Shown one piece after another: positions 19,759-29,069 of a DNA stretch of 64,000 nucleotides (positions are counted from its first letter, which is position 1; every line of letters begins with the position of its first letter). The DNA is taken from contig CAVVEU010000013.1 in the NCBI GenBank assembly GCA_963747235.1, positions 327,517 through 391,516 on the forward strand, given 5' to 3'. A program made the translations under genes and the position numbers. Source of the DNA: an uncultured Candidatus Rokubacteria bacterium. GTDB taxonomy: Bacteria; Methylomirabilota; Methylomirabilia; Rokubacteriales; CSP1-6. Under the pieces are notes generated by a model, which was not told the origin of the DNA, searched no databases, and worked only from the letters and a program-made list of their open reading frames with translations.

Positions 19759-19858
19759 CGTTCTCCCGAAAACACGCTGTTCGGCCCGATCGTCAACCCC
19801 CTGCCGCTCCGTATGAGGAGTGCCATGCCAAATAGCTGAAAGAATATGCGTCTCATTT

Positions 19859-19874
19859 TGGCAATGCTCTTGCG
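19859..19874 (+). promoter_or_regulatory. Sigma54 -24/-12 promoter
   Basis: TGGCAATGCTCTTGCG (GG-N10-GC) upstream of 19902. Confidence 0.65.
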
Positions 19875-19901
19875 TTCCCACGGGCGCACGGAGGTGGCAC
19901 C

Positions 19902-20312
19902 ATGCCCCGCATATTGCTCGTTGACGACGACCCCGCCTGGCGGAATCTCTACCGGATGGCTCTGGAGAACCAGTTCGACCTCTTCGAGGCGACCGATGGG
20001 TATCAGGCCCTGTCCGTGCTGGGCGCCGTGAGACCCGACGTGATCGTCCTGGACCTCCGGATGCCGCGGATGGACGGCATGGACTTCATCCGGCGGCTCA
20101 GCCGCCGCAGCCCTCGGCCCAAGGTCATCATCTGCTCGGGGACGTTCACCGAGGCGGAACGGCCCCTGATCCCGGGCGTGTGCCTGGCCGCGAAGACACC
20201 GGACCTGAAGGAGCTGTGGTCGGCGCTTCGGAGCACGATCCCGAGCGCGGCCGAGGCTCCCGTCCCCGCCAAGCAGGCGGTGGCGGTCGAAGACGCGGTC
20301 TGGCGCGACTGA
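19902..20312 (+). CDS. Single-domain response regulator
   Basis: ILLVDDD, PDVIVLDLRMPRMDG; GGAGG RBS. Confidence 0.85.
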   Translation: MPRILLVDDDPAWRNLYRMALENQFDLFEATDGYQALSVLGAVRPDVIVLDLRMPRMDGMDFIRRLSRRSPRPKVIICSGTFTEAERPLIPGVCLAAKTPDLKELWSALRSTIPSAAEAPVPAKQAVAVEDAVWRD

Positions 20313-20334
20313 GGTCGGCATCCCGCCGATCGGC

Positions 20335-20835
<501 letters not shown>

Positions 20836-20876
20836 TGCTCCATCAACACGCCGGAGGCCACTGCGGTGACTGCAGG

Positions 20877-22353
20877 ATGACGTCGATTCTGACGATCGTG
20901 TTGTCCGGCCTGATGATTGCACTCGGCCTGCTGGGGCCGGCCTTGCGCGCAGGCTCCGGCCCCTGCCGCGCCCGCGCCGGCCACCCCGGCGCCCGGGCTC
21001 CCGCGGCCCCCGCGACTCCCGCGCCGCCGAAGATCGACAGCGGCGACACGGCCTGGGTGCTGGTGTCCACCGCGCTGGTGCTGCTGATGACCGCGCCCGG
21101 CCTGGCCCTGTTCTACGGGGGCATGGTGCGGCAGAAGAACGCCCTCGGCACCCTGATGCAGAGCTTCATCATCCTCGCGCTGATCTCGGTGCAGTGGGTG
21201 CTCTGGGGCTACTCGCTGGCCTTCGGTCCCGACAAGGGCGGCATCATCGGCGGGCTCGAGTGGGTCGGCCTCAAGGGCGTCGGTCCCGAGCCCATCGCGG
21301 ACTACGCGCCGACCATTCCGCACACCGCCTTCATGCTGTTCCAGATGATGTTCGCGGTCATCACGCCCGGCGCTGATCACGGGCGCCTTCGCCGAGCGCA
21401 AGAAGTTCTCCACCTTCCTGGTGTTCATCCTCCTCTGGGCCACCTTCGTCTACGATCCGCTGGCCCACTGGGTGTGGGGCATCGGCGGCTGGCTGAAGAA
21501 CCTGGGCGCGCTCGACTTCGCGGGCGGTACCGTCGTCCACATCTCGTCCGGTATCTCGGCGCTCGCCGCCGCGATCGTCATCGGCAAGCGCAAGGGCTAT
21601 GGGCACCAGCCCATGCCCCCGCACAACCTGCCCTTCACGGTGATGGGCGCCGCCTTGCTGTGGTTCGGCTGGTTCGGGTTCAACGCGGGCAGCGCGCTGG
21701 CCGCCAACGGCCTCGCCGCCCACGCGTTCATGACCACCAACACCGCGGCCGCGGCGGCCGCGCTCGGCTGGATGTTCACGGAGTGGATGTCGCGGGGCAA
21801 GCCGACCGTGCTCGGCGCGGCGTCGGGGGCGGTGGCGGGTCTCGTCGCCATCACCCCGGCGGCCGGCTTCGTGACCCCGATGGCCTCCATCGTCATCGGC
21901 GTGGTGGCGGGCTTCATCTGCTACACCGCCTGCAACTTGAAGTCGAAGCTCGGCTATGACGACTCGCTCGACGTGGTGGGCGTGCACGGGGTCGGTGGCA
22001 CGTGGGGGGCCCTGGCCACCGGAATCTTCGCCACCAAGCTGGTCAACGACGCGGGCGGCGACGGGCTGCTCTACGGCAACCCGAAGCAGCTCTGGATCCA
22101 GTTCGTGGCCGTCGCGGTGACCTGGATCCTGGCCTTCGTGATGACGATGGTCATCCTCAAGGTCCTCGACGCCATCATGGGCCTGCGGGTCAGCGACGAG
22201 GACGAGATGGTCGGTCTGGACCTGTCGCAGCACTCGGAGACGGCGTACATGCTCGGCGGCTCGGCCTCGTACGGCGAGTACTCGATGGGTGGGAGCGCCG
22301 GCGGCTTCGAAGGGATGAAGCCGGCGGAGGCCAAGCCCCGTCCGAGCCACTAG
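20877..22353 (+). CDS. amtB: Ammonium transporter (frameshifts near 20945-20995 and 21370)
   Basis: [61 protein letters not shown]. Confidence 0.92.
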
Positions 22354-22367
22354 GAGAGGGGGCCCGC

Positions 22368-22397
22368 TTGACGGGCCCCGGGCAAAACACTTATGGT
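22368..22397 (+). promoter_or_regulatory. Sigma70-like promoter for glnA
   Basis: TTGACG-18 nt-TATGGT; the -35 sits inside a small inverted repeat. Confidence 0.45.
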
Positions 22398-22401
22398 TGG
22401 T

Positions 22402-22441
22402 GGCCGGTGGGGCCACGGAGGCTCCACCGGCCCGCGGTTTT
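22402..22441 (+). terminator. 13-bp hairpin in amtB-glnA spacer
   Basis: GGCCGGTGGGGCC-ACGGA-GGCTCCACCGGCC followed by CGCGGTTTT. Confidence 0.4.
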
Positions 22442-22477
22442 CCCCACCCCGCACTGAGGCGACAAGGAGGCAGGAGA

Positions 22478-23902
22478 ATGACCCCGAAGGACGTGTTGAA
22501 GATGGCGAAGGAGAAGGGCGTCAAGATCATCGATCTGCGGTTCATCGACATGCCCGGTCTCTGGCAGCATTTCTCCATCCCGGTGTCCGAGCTGAGGGAA
22601 GACATCTTCGAGGACGGGCTCGGCTTCGACGGCTCCTCGATCCGCGGGTTCCAGACCATCGACGAGTCGGACATGCTGCTCATCCCCGACCCGTCGACGG
22701 CCCAGATGGATCCCTTCACGGCCGTGCCGACCATGGTCCTGATCTGCAACGTCAAGGACCCGATCACCGGCAAGGCCTACAGCCGCGACCCCCGCTACGT
22801 GGCCCAGAAGGCGGAGGCGTTCGTCAAGAAGAGCGGGGTGGGTGACACCATCTTCATCGGGCCCGAGCTCGAGTTCTTCTTCTTCGACTCGATCCGGTTC
22901 GACCAGAGCTACAACTACGGCTTCTACTTCATCGACTCGGAAGCGGGCGCGTGGAACACCGGCCGGGAGGGCACGCCCGATCGCCCGAACCTCGGCTACA
23001 TCCCGCGCTACAAGCAGGGCTACTTCCCGGTGCCGCCGATGGACAAGTTCCAGGACATCCGGTCCGACATGGTGCTGGCGCTCGAGTCGGTCGGCGTCCG
23101 CGTCGAGGTCCACCACCACGAGGTGGCGAGCGGCGGGCAGACCGAGATCGACATGCGCTTCGACACCCTGACGAAGATGGCCGACAAGGTGTGCTGGTAC
23201 AAGTACTGCGCCAAGCAGACCGCGAAGAAGTGGGGCAAGACCGCCACGTTCATGCCCAAGCCCCTGTTCCAGGACAACGGCTCCGGCATGCACACGCACC
23301 AGTCCATCTGGAAGAACGGCAAGAACCTCTTCTACGAGCGGGGCGGCTACGCCGACATCTCGAAGATGTGCCTCTACTACATCGGCGGCATCCTGAAGCA
23401 CGCCCCCGCGCTGCTCGCGTTCATCGCGCCCTCGACGAACAGCTACAAGCGGCTGGTGCCGGGCTACGAGGCGCCGATCAACCTCGTCTACAGCCAGCGC
23501 AACCGCTCCGCCGCGATCCGGATCCCGATGTACTCGAAGGCGGAGGGCGCGAAGCGGATCGAGTTCCGGACGCCGGATCCGACCTGCAACCCGTACCTGT
23601 CGTTCGCGGCGTGCGTGATGGCGGGCCTCGACGGCATCGCCAACAAGATCGATCCCGGCAAGCCGGTGGACAAGGACCTCTACGAGCTGCCGGCCGCCGA
23701 GCAGAAGAAGATCAAGCAGCTCCCCGGCGCGCTCGACATCGTGCTGGACAACCTCGAGAAGGATCACGACTTCCTGCTCAAGGGAGACGTGTTCACGCCG
23801 GACCTGATCGAGACCTGGATCGACTACAAGCGGAAGAACGAGGTGGATCCCGTCCGGCTGCGCCCGCACCCGTACGAGTTCGCCCTGTACTACGACATCT
23901 AG
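22478..23902 (+). CDS. glnA: Glutamine synthetase type I
   Basis: [50 protein letters not shown], adenylylation-site DKDLYELP. Confidence 0.97.
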   Translation: MTPKDVLKMAKEKGVKIIDLRFIDMPGLWQHFSIPVSELREDIFEDGLGFDGSSIRGFQTIDESDMLLIPDPSTAQMDPFTAVPTMVLICNVKDPITGKAYSRDPRYVAQKAEAFVKKSGVGDTIFIGPELEFFFFDSIRFDQSYNYGFYFIDSEAGAWNTGREGTPDRPNLGYIPRYKQGYFPVPPMDKFQDIRSDMVLALESVGVRVEVHHHEVASGGQTEIDMRFDTLTKMADKVCWYKYCAKQTAKKWGKTATFMPKPLFQDNGSGMHTHQSIWKNGKNLFYERGGYADISKMCLYYIGGILKHAPALLAFIAPSTNSYKRLVPGYEAPINLVYSQRNRSAAIRIPMYSKAEGAKRIEFRTPDPTCNPYLSFAACVMAGLDGIANKIDPGKPVDKDLYELPAAEQKKIKQLPGALDIVLDNLEKDHDFLLKGDVFTPDLIETWIDYKRKNEVDPVRLRPHPYEFALYYDI

Positions 23903-23930
23903 TCCCGTAGCTTGCCGTCCCCGCAGTCCC

Positions 23931-23966
23931 GGCCCCCCGGCCTCCGCGTCAGGAAGCTGGGGGGCC
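23931..23966 (+). terminator. Hairpin after glnA
   Basis: GGCCCCCC...GGGGGGCC stem followed by GTCGGTTGTT. Confidence 0.45.
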
Positions 23967-23993
23967 GTCGGTTGTTCGGCTCCGGCGCCCCGC

Positions 23994-24030
23994 TGAGCAC
24001 CACGTGAGCAGGGTGCTCTTTCGGTGAGCA
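23994..24030. promoter_or_regulatory. Paired 17-bp enhancer-like sites upstream of second amtB
   Basis: TGAGC-N7-GAGCA (23994) and perfect TGCTC-N7-GAGCA (24014), 20 bp apart. Confidence 0.6.
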
Positions 24031-24114
24031 TGCCGTAGGGTTGACCAGTCGGCCTCCGTGCCGGTAAGTCGCGATCGCAAATGGCTTCTGCCACCGCGGT
24101 CCCGGCTCCGAGGC

Positions 24115-24130
24115 TGGCATCGGAATCGCA
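24115..24130 (+). promoter_or_regulatory. Sigma54 -24/-12 promoter of second amtB
   Basis: TGGCATCGGAATCGCA (GG-N10-GC). Confidence 0.6.
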
Positions 24131-24173
24131 GTTCGTCCGCCGATGTCATTCTCAGCCCAATAAGGAGCCGACC

Positions 24174-25410
24174 ATGCGGAGTGGCAAGGGGTGGACAATC
24201 AAGTTGATGGTCCTCGCGCTGTTGGTGGTGCTCGGCGTGGCCGGCGGGGTGCTCGCGCAGGACAAGCCGGCCGAGAAGCCAGCGGAAGCCGCTGCGAAGC
24301 CCGCGGAGGATCCGCTCAAGATCCTCGCCGGCAAGGCGGACGACCTGAAGGTCGCGCTGGACACCGTCTGGGTGATGGCGACGGCGTTCCTGGTGTTCTT
24401 CATGAACCTCGGGTTCGCGACCGTGGAGTCGGGGTTCTGCCGGGCCAAGAACACGGTGGCCATCCTGGCCAAGAACTTCATCGTCTTCGCGGTGTCCTCG
24501 ATCGCCTTTCTCGTGCTCGGCTTCGGCTTGATGTTCGGAGACGGCAACGCCTTCTTCGGGACGCAGGGCCTGTTCTTCGTGAGCGGCGCCGACAGTAGCC
24601 CGGCGATGGGCGACGCCTACAAGGGCGTCTACTCGGCCCTGAACTGGACCGGCGTGCCTCTGTGGGCCAAGTTCTTCTTCCAGCTCGTGTTCGCCGGCAC
24701 GGCCGCGACGATCGTGTCGGGCGCGGTAGCGGAGCGGGTCAAGTTCGGGTCCTTCTACATCTTCAGCTTCATCATGGTCGGCCTGATCTACCCGATCGTC
24801 GGCCACTGGATCTGGGGCGGGGGCTGGCTCGCCAAGCTCGGCATGTTCGACTTCGCGGGCTCGACCGTCGTGCACTCGGTCGGCGGATGGGCCGCACTGG
24901 CGGGCGCGATGATCCTGGGGCCACGGCTCGGCAAGTACACCAAGGATGGCAAGATGCAGCCGATCCCCGGGCACAGCATCGCGCTGGGGACTCTCGGGGT
25001 GTTCGTCCTCTGGTTCGGGTGGTTCGGGTTCAATCCGGGCAGCACGATGGCCGCGGATGCGGGGGCCATCGCCCGCATCGCGGTGGCGACGAACACCGCG
25101 GCGGCCGCCGCGGCCATCTCGGCGTCGATCGCGGCCTGGCTACTACTGGGGAAGCCCGATCTCACCATGGTGCTCAACGGAGCCCTGGCCGGGTTGGTCG
25201 CGATCACCGCTCCGTGCGCCTTCGTCAGCATCGGATCCTCGTTGATCATCGGCCTGATTGCCGGCGTCCTGGTCGTGGCCTCGGTCCTCTTCTTCGACCG
25301 GGTCAAGGTCGACGATCCGGTTGGTGCGGTATCGGTGCACTTGGTGTGCGGGGTCTTCGGGACACTCTCGGTGGGCCTCTTCGCGCAGGACCACTTCACG
25401 CCGAATCGCC
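24174..25410 (+). CDS. amtB: Second ammonium transporter, apparently C-terminally truncated and running in frame into the porin gene
   Basis: [45 protein letters not shown] and DDPVGAVSVH are present; similarity stops after GLFAQDHFTPN. Confidence 0.85.
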
Positions 25411-25496
25411 TGGCACCCGGAACCGCCTTCGGCGGGGCTGCGGTTCATGGTGCAGCATTTGGCGCTACTCCCACTTCTTCCAAGGAGGTTGTCACG

Positions 25497-26766
25497 ATGA
25501 GAATGACGCGAAGCTGGCTGGCCGCGGTGCTGATCGCGGTGCTGGGAAGCACCGTGACCGCGTGGGCGCAGACGCCGGCTCCCGCGCGCGGAGGCGAAGA
25601 AGGAGGAGGAGAAGCCGAAGACGTTCTGGGAGGAGCACAAGCTCTTCGCCTACATCGAGAACAGCTTCACCGCGAACCTGAGCGGGTCCGGGCGCGGGGG
25701 AGTCAACGAGCTGCGGGTGTACGACAACCACGAGGGCTACACGTTCAACGCGGCGGAGTTCAGCATCAAGAAGGACCCGTCCGAGAAGTACCCGTTCGGC
25801 TACGGTCTCGTGATCACCGCCGGCATCGACTCGCAGAAGAACCACTCCTACGGCATCTTCCGGACGAGACCGACGCGTTCGCGTTCCGGAACACCGAGAA
25901 GTTCGATCTCCTCGAGGCCTACGTCTCGGGCCTGGTCCCGGTGGGGAGCGGGCTCACCCTGAAGGCGGGCAAGTTCGTCACCCTGCTGGGGTACGAGGTC
26001 ATCGAGTCCCCGAACAACCTGAACTTCTCGCGCGGCTATCTGTTCGGGCTCGCCATCCCGCTGACCCATACCGGCGGGCTCGCGTCGTACACGTTCACGG
26101 ACTGGTTCAACATGACCGCGGGCGTGGTGCTGGGCTGGGACGACTCGAAGAACGTCAACGACGCGGTCAGCTACACCGGCCAGTTCGCGTTCACCCCGCT
26201 GAAGGACTTCACCGCGAACCTGAACTGGATCGTGGGGCCGGAGCAGATCGATCCCCGGCGGATCGACGAGAACGTCGTCGCGCGATTCGCGGACCTACGT
26301 GAACAGCCACCTGCGGTACGTCCTCGACTTCGTGTTCGCCTACACCGGGTTCAAGAACCTGACCCTGGCGCTCAACGTCGACTACGGGCACGAGCAGAGC
26401 GAGCCGTTCATCCGGAGCCTCGGGACGCGCCGGAACACCGACGCCACCTGGTGGGGCTGGGCGGCGTACGCGGCGTACGACTGGACCGACAACCTGCGCA
26501 CCGCGGTCCGCCAGGAGTTCCTGCGGGACGCGGCGGGGGCGCGGACCGGCTCCGGCCTCGGGACGGATCTCTGGTCCACGACCGCGACGGTGCAGTACAA
26601 GATCTGGAAGGGCCTGGTGGGCCGGCTCGAGTACCGCCACGACCAGTCCGACGAGAACGTGTACCGCGTCCGCTACTCGCGGCCGGACATCACCTCGCAG
26701 GGACTGCTCGCGCGGGGCAAGAGCATGGACACCATCTCGGTCAGCCTCTACTACTCGTTCTTCTAG
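25497..26766 (+). CDS. Outer-membrane beta-barrel porin (DUF1597/BBP2-like; about 3 frameshifts)
   Basis: AAGGAGG RBS, signal peptide, EAY...KAGKFVTLLGYEVIESPNNLNFSRG..PLTHTG, RLEYRHD, terminal YYSFF. Confidence 0.8.
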
Positions 26767-26790
26767 TCGGCCTCCGCTCCGGCTCGCGGT

Positions 26791-26827
26791 TGCTCAGGCG
26801 ATAGGCGACTTGATCGCCGCCTGAGCA
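26791..26827. promoter_or_regulatory. Paired 17-bp enhancer-like sites upstream of ANTAR regulator
   Basis: TGCTC-N7-AGGCG (26791) and TGATC-N7-GAGCA (26811), 20 bp apart. Confidence 0.55.
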
Positions 26828-26879
26828 GCCGCGCCGGGGCGGTGTCGTGCAACCCCCTCGGTTTCCCTCGCCACCTCCG

Positions 26880-26895
26880 TGGCACCTCGCTTGCT
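26880..26895 (+). promoter_or_regulatory. Sigma54 -24/-12 promoter
   Basis: TGGCACCTCGCTTGCT, consensus match. Confidence 0.8.
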
Positions 26896-26909
26896 AGTCT
26901 AGTCCGCGC

Positions 26910-27512
26910 ATGAAACCACACTGGCGAGTGCTCATCATCGACGATCACGCTCCGTCACGGGCCGCGGTGGCCGAAGCGGTCACGGCTCAGGGCGGGCAAG
27001 TGGTAGGGAACGGTAGTCGGGCGGAGGACGTCCTCCGGCTCGTGGACAAGCATCGACCCGACGTGACGGTGCTGGCGGTCGGACTCCCGGATGGCGACGG
27101 AGTCCAGGCCGCGCGCGAGGTCATGACGGTGTCGCCGTGTCCGGTGGTGCTGGTGACCAGCCACACCGACGCCCCGGTGGTCGCGCGGGCGGTGGATGCG
27201 GGGGTCTTGGGCTTCCTCGCGAAGCCCGTCCGGGCCGAAGAGCTCGGGCCCACGCTGGACGTGGCGGTCCACCGTTTCCATGAGATGGAAGCGATGCGGA
27301 AGGAGAACGAGCAGCTCAAGCGCAAGCTCGAGTCGCGCAAGCTGGTGGAGCGCGCCAAGGGCATTCTCATGACCCGGCTTGGACTCAGCGAGCCGGAAGC
27401 GTTCCGGCGGATCCAGAAGACCGCCATGGACACGCGCAAGCCGATGGCAGAGGTCGCTCAGGCGCTCCTGCTCACCGAGGAAATGGGCCACGCCCGGGCG
27501 GCGAAGCTCTAG
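26910..27512 (+). CDS. ANTAR-domain regulator (AmiR/NasT-like) with pseudo-receiver
   Basis: REC fold with Ala56 at the phospho-Asp position; ANTAR motif RKLVERAKGILM...EAFRRIQKTAMD. Confidence 0.92.
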   Translation: MKPHWRVLIIDDHAPSRAAVAEAVTAQGGQVVGNGSRAEDVLRLVDKHRPDVTVLAVGLPDGDGVQAAREVMTVSPCPVVLVTSHTDAPVVARAVDAGVLGFLAKPVRAEELGPTLDVAVHRFHEMEAMRKENEQLKRKLESRKLVERAKGILMTRLGLSEPEAFRRIQKTAMDTRKPMAEVAQALLLTEEMGHARAAKL

Positions 27513-27516
27513 CTCC

Positions 27517-27562
27517 TGCCGAAAACACGGGCACACCGACTGGACTGCCTACCGAGTAGGCA
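27517..27562. promoter_or_regulatory. Paired 17-bp enhancer-like sites upstream of urtA
   Basis: TGCCG-N7-GGGCA (27517) and perfect TGCCT-N7-AGGCA (27546); IHF-like site at 27596-27608. Confidence 0.6.
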
Positions 27563-27625
27563 GTCCTTTTGGTTTATGGGGACCGCGCTCCATCGCAAGC
27601 AGTTGAAATAACTGAGCACCGGTCG

Positions 27626-27641
27626 GGGCACGCGGCTTGCT
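27626..27641 (+). promoter_or_regulatory. Sigma54 -24/-12 promoter of urt-ure operon
   Basis: GGGCACGCGGCTTGCT (GG-N10-GC). Confidence 0.75.
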
Positions 27642-27658
27642 GAACGACCGGTCGGCGC

Positions 27659-27761
27659 ACCGAGACAGCGGGGTCGGAGAGCACGCGCCGAGAGAGTCCT
27701 ACTGACTGTGACCCAATGACGGGTCCGACCACTTCACCGATCGGAGCGAAAGGAGACCCGT
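27659..27761 (+). ncRNA. Candidate ANTAR-target leader RNA (two A1/G4 hexaloop hairpins)
   Basis: GAC-AGCGGG-GTC (27664-27675) and GACCC-AATGAC-GGGTC (27710-27725); ACGGGTC is also complementary to GACCCGT at 27755-27761 beside the RBS. Confidence 0.55.
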
Positions 27762-29060
27762 ATGGCAGCGGTTTCTCGGAGGGACTTTCTCAAGACCGCG
27801 GGCGCGCTGGGAGCCGGCGCGGCCGCGGGCATCGGCTTCCCGGCCGTCCTGCGAGCGCAGGGTGGGGGGACGGTCAAGGTCGGCGTGCTGCACTCGCTGT
27901 CCGGCACCATGGCCATCAGCGAGGTATCGCTCCGCGACGTCTGCATGATGGCGTTCGACGAGATCAACGCCAAGGGCGGAGTCATGGGCAAGAAGATCGA
28001 GCCGGTGATCGTGGATCCCGCCTCGAACTGGGACCTGTTCGCGGAGAAGGCCAAGCAGCTCCTCCTCCAGGACAAGGTCGCGGTGACGTTCGGCTGCTGG
28101 ACGTCGGTCAGCCGGAAGTCGGTGCTACCGGTGTTCGAGAACAACAACGGTCTGCTCTTCTATCCCGTCCAGTACGAAGGTGAGGAGTGCTCGAAGAACG
28201 TCTTCTACACGGGCGCCACGCCCAACCAGCAGCTCATCCCCGCCGCGGAGTACCTGATGTCGAAGGAGGGCGGCGGCTACAAGAAGTTCTACCTGCTGGG
28301 CACCGACTACGTGTTCCCGCGGACGGCCAACAAGATCCTGCGCGCGTTCCTGCTCGCCAAGGGAGTTCCCGCGGACTCGATCGCGGAGGAGTACACGCCG
28401 TTCAACCATCAGGACTACCAGACCATCGTCGGCAAGATCAAGCGCTTCTCCACCGGCGGCAGCGCGGCGGTGCTCTCCACCATCAACGGCGACTCGAACG
28501 TGCCCTTCTACAAGGAGTTCGCCAACCAGGGCCTGCGCTCCGAGCAGTGCCCGATCATGGCGTTCAGCGTGGCGGAGGACGAGCTGCGCGGCATGGACAC
28601 CTCCGCGCTGGTCGGCCACCTCGCGGCCTGGAACTACTACCAGTCCGTGGACACGCCGCAGAACAAGAAGTTCGTATCCGCCTTCAAGGCGTACGCGAAG
28701 AAGATGAATCTGCCCGGCGGTGACAAGCGCGTCACCGACGATCCGATGGAGGCGGCCTACTTCGGCGTCTACATCTGGAAGCAGGCGGCCGAGAAGGCCA
28801 AGTCGTTCGAGGTGGACGCGGTCCGGAAGGCGGTCTACGGCCAGACGTTCCTGGCGCCGGGGGGCCAGATCAAGATGGACGAGGCCAACCAGCACACCTA
28901 CAAGCCGGTGCTGATCGGCGATATCCTGAAGGACGGCCAGTTCAAGGTCGTCTGGCGCTCCAAGGGCCTGGTGAAGGCCGACCCGTGGAGCCAGTACACG
29001 AGCCCCGACAAGGGCTGTGACTGGATCAAGCATCAGGGCACGTACCAGAAGAAAGCGTAA
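27762..29060 (+). CDS. urtA: Urea ABC transporter substrate-binding protein
   Basis: Tat signal SRRDFLK; KVGVLHSLSGTMAISE, FGCWTSVSRK, YPVQYEG, GATPNQQ, INGDSN. Confidence 0.95.
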   Translation: MAAVSRRDFLKTAGALGAGAAAGIGFPAVLRAQGGGTVKVGVLHSLSGTMAISEVSLRDVCMMAFDEINAKGGVMGKKIEPVIVDPASNWDLFAEKAKQLLLQDKVAVTFGCWTSVSRKSVLPVFENNNGLLFYPVQYEGEECSKNVFYTGATPNQQLIPAAEYLMSKEGGGYKKFYLLGTDYVFPRTANKILRAFLLAKGVPADSIAEEYTPFNHQDYQTIVGKIKRFSTGGSAAVLSTINGDSNVPFYKEFANQGLRSEQCPIMAFSVAEDELRGMDTSALVGHLAAWNYYQSVDTPQNKKFVSAFKAYAKKMNLPGGDKRVTDDPMEAAYFGVYIWKQAAEKAKSFEVDAVRKAVYGQTFLAPGGQIKMDEANQHTYKPVLIGDILKDGQFKVVWRSKGLVKADPWSQYTSPDKGCDWIKHQGTYQKKA

Positions 29061-29069
29061 GCCACGCTC

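Noticed and set aside
22398-22477. Glutamine (glnA) riboswitch or ANTAR site in the glnA leader
   Set aside because: No recognisable riboswitch consensus by eye; the main hairpin has a 5-nt loop and no second A1/G4 hexaloop.
25411-25426. TGGCACCCGGAACCGC as a sigma54 promoter for the porin
   Set aside because: Spacing is GG-N11-GC and the -12 element is poor; not supportable unless a homopolymer error is shown.
27762-29060. UrtA as the AmiC-like cytoplasmic sensor for the ANTAR protein
   Set aside because: It has a clear Tat signal and heads a complete urtBCDE transporter, so it is the periplasmic binding protein.
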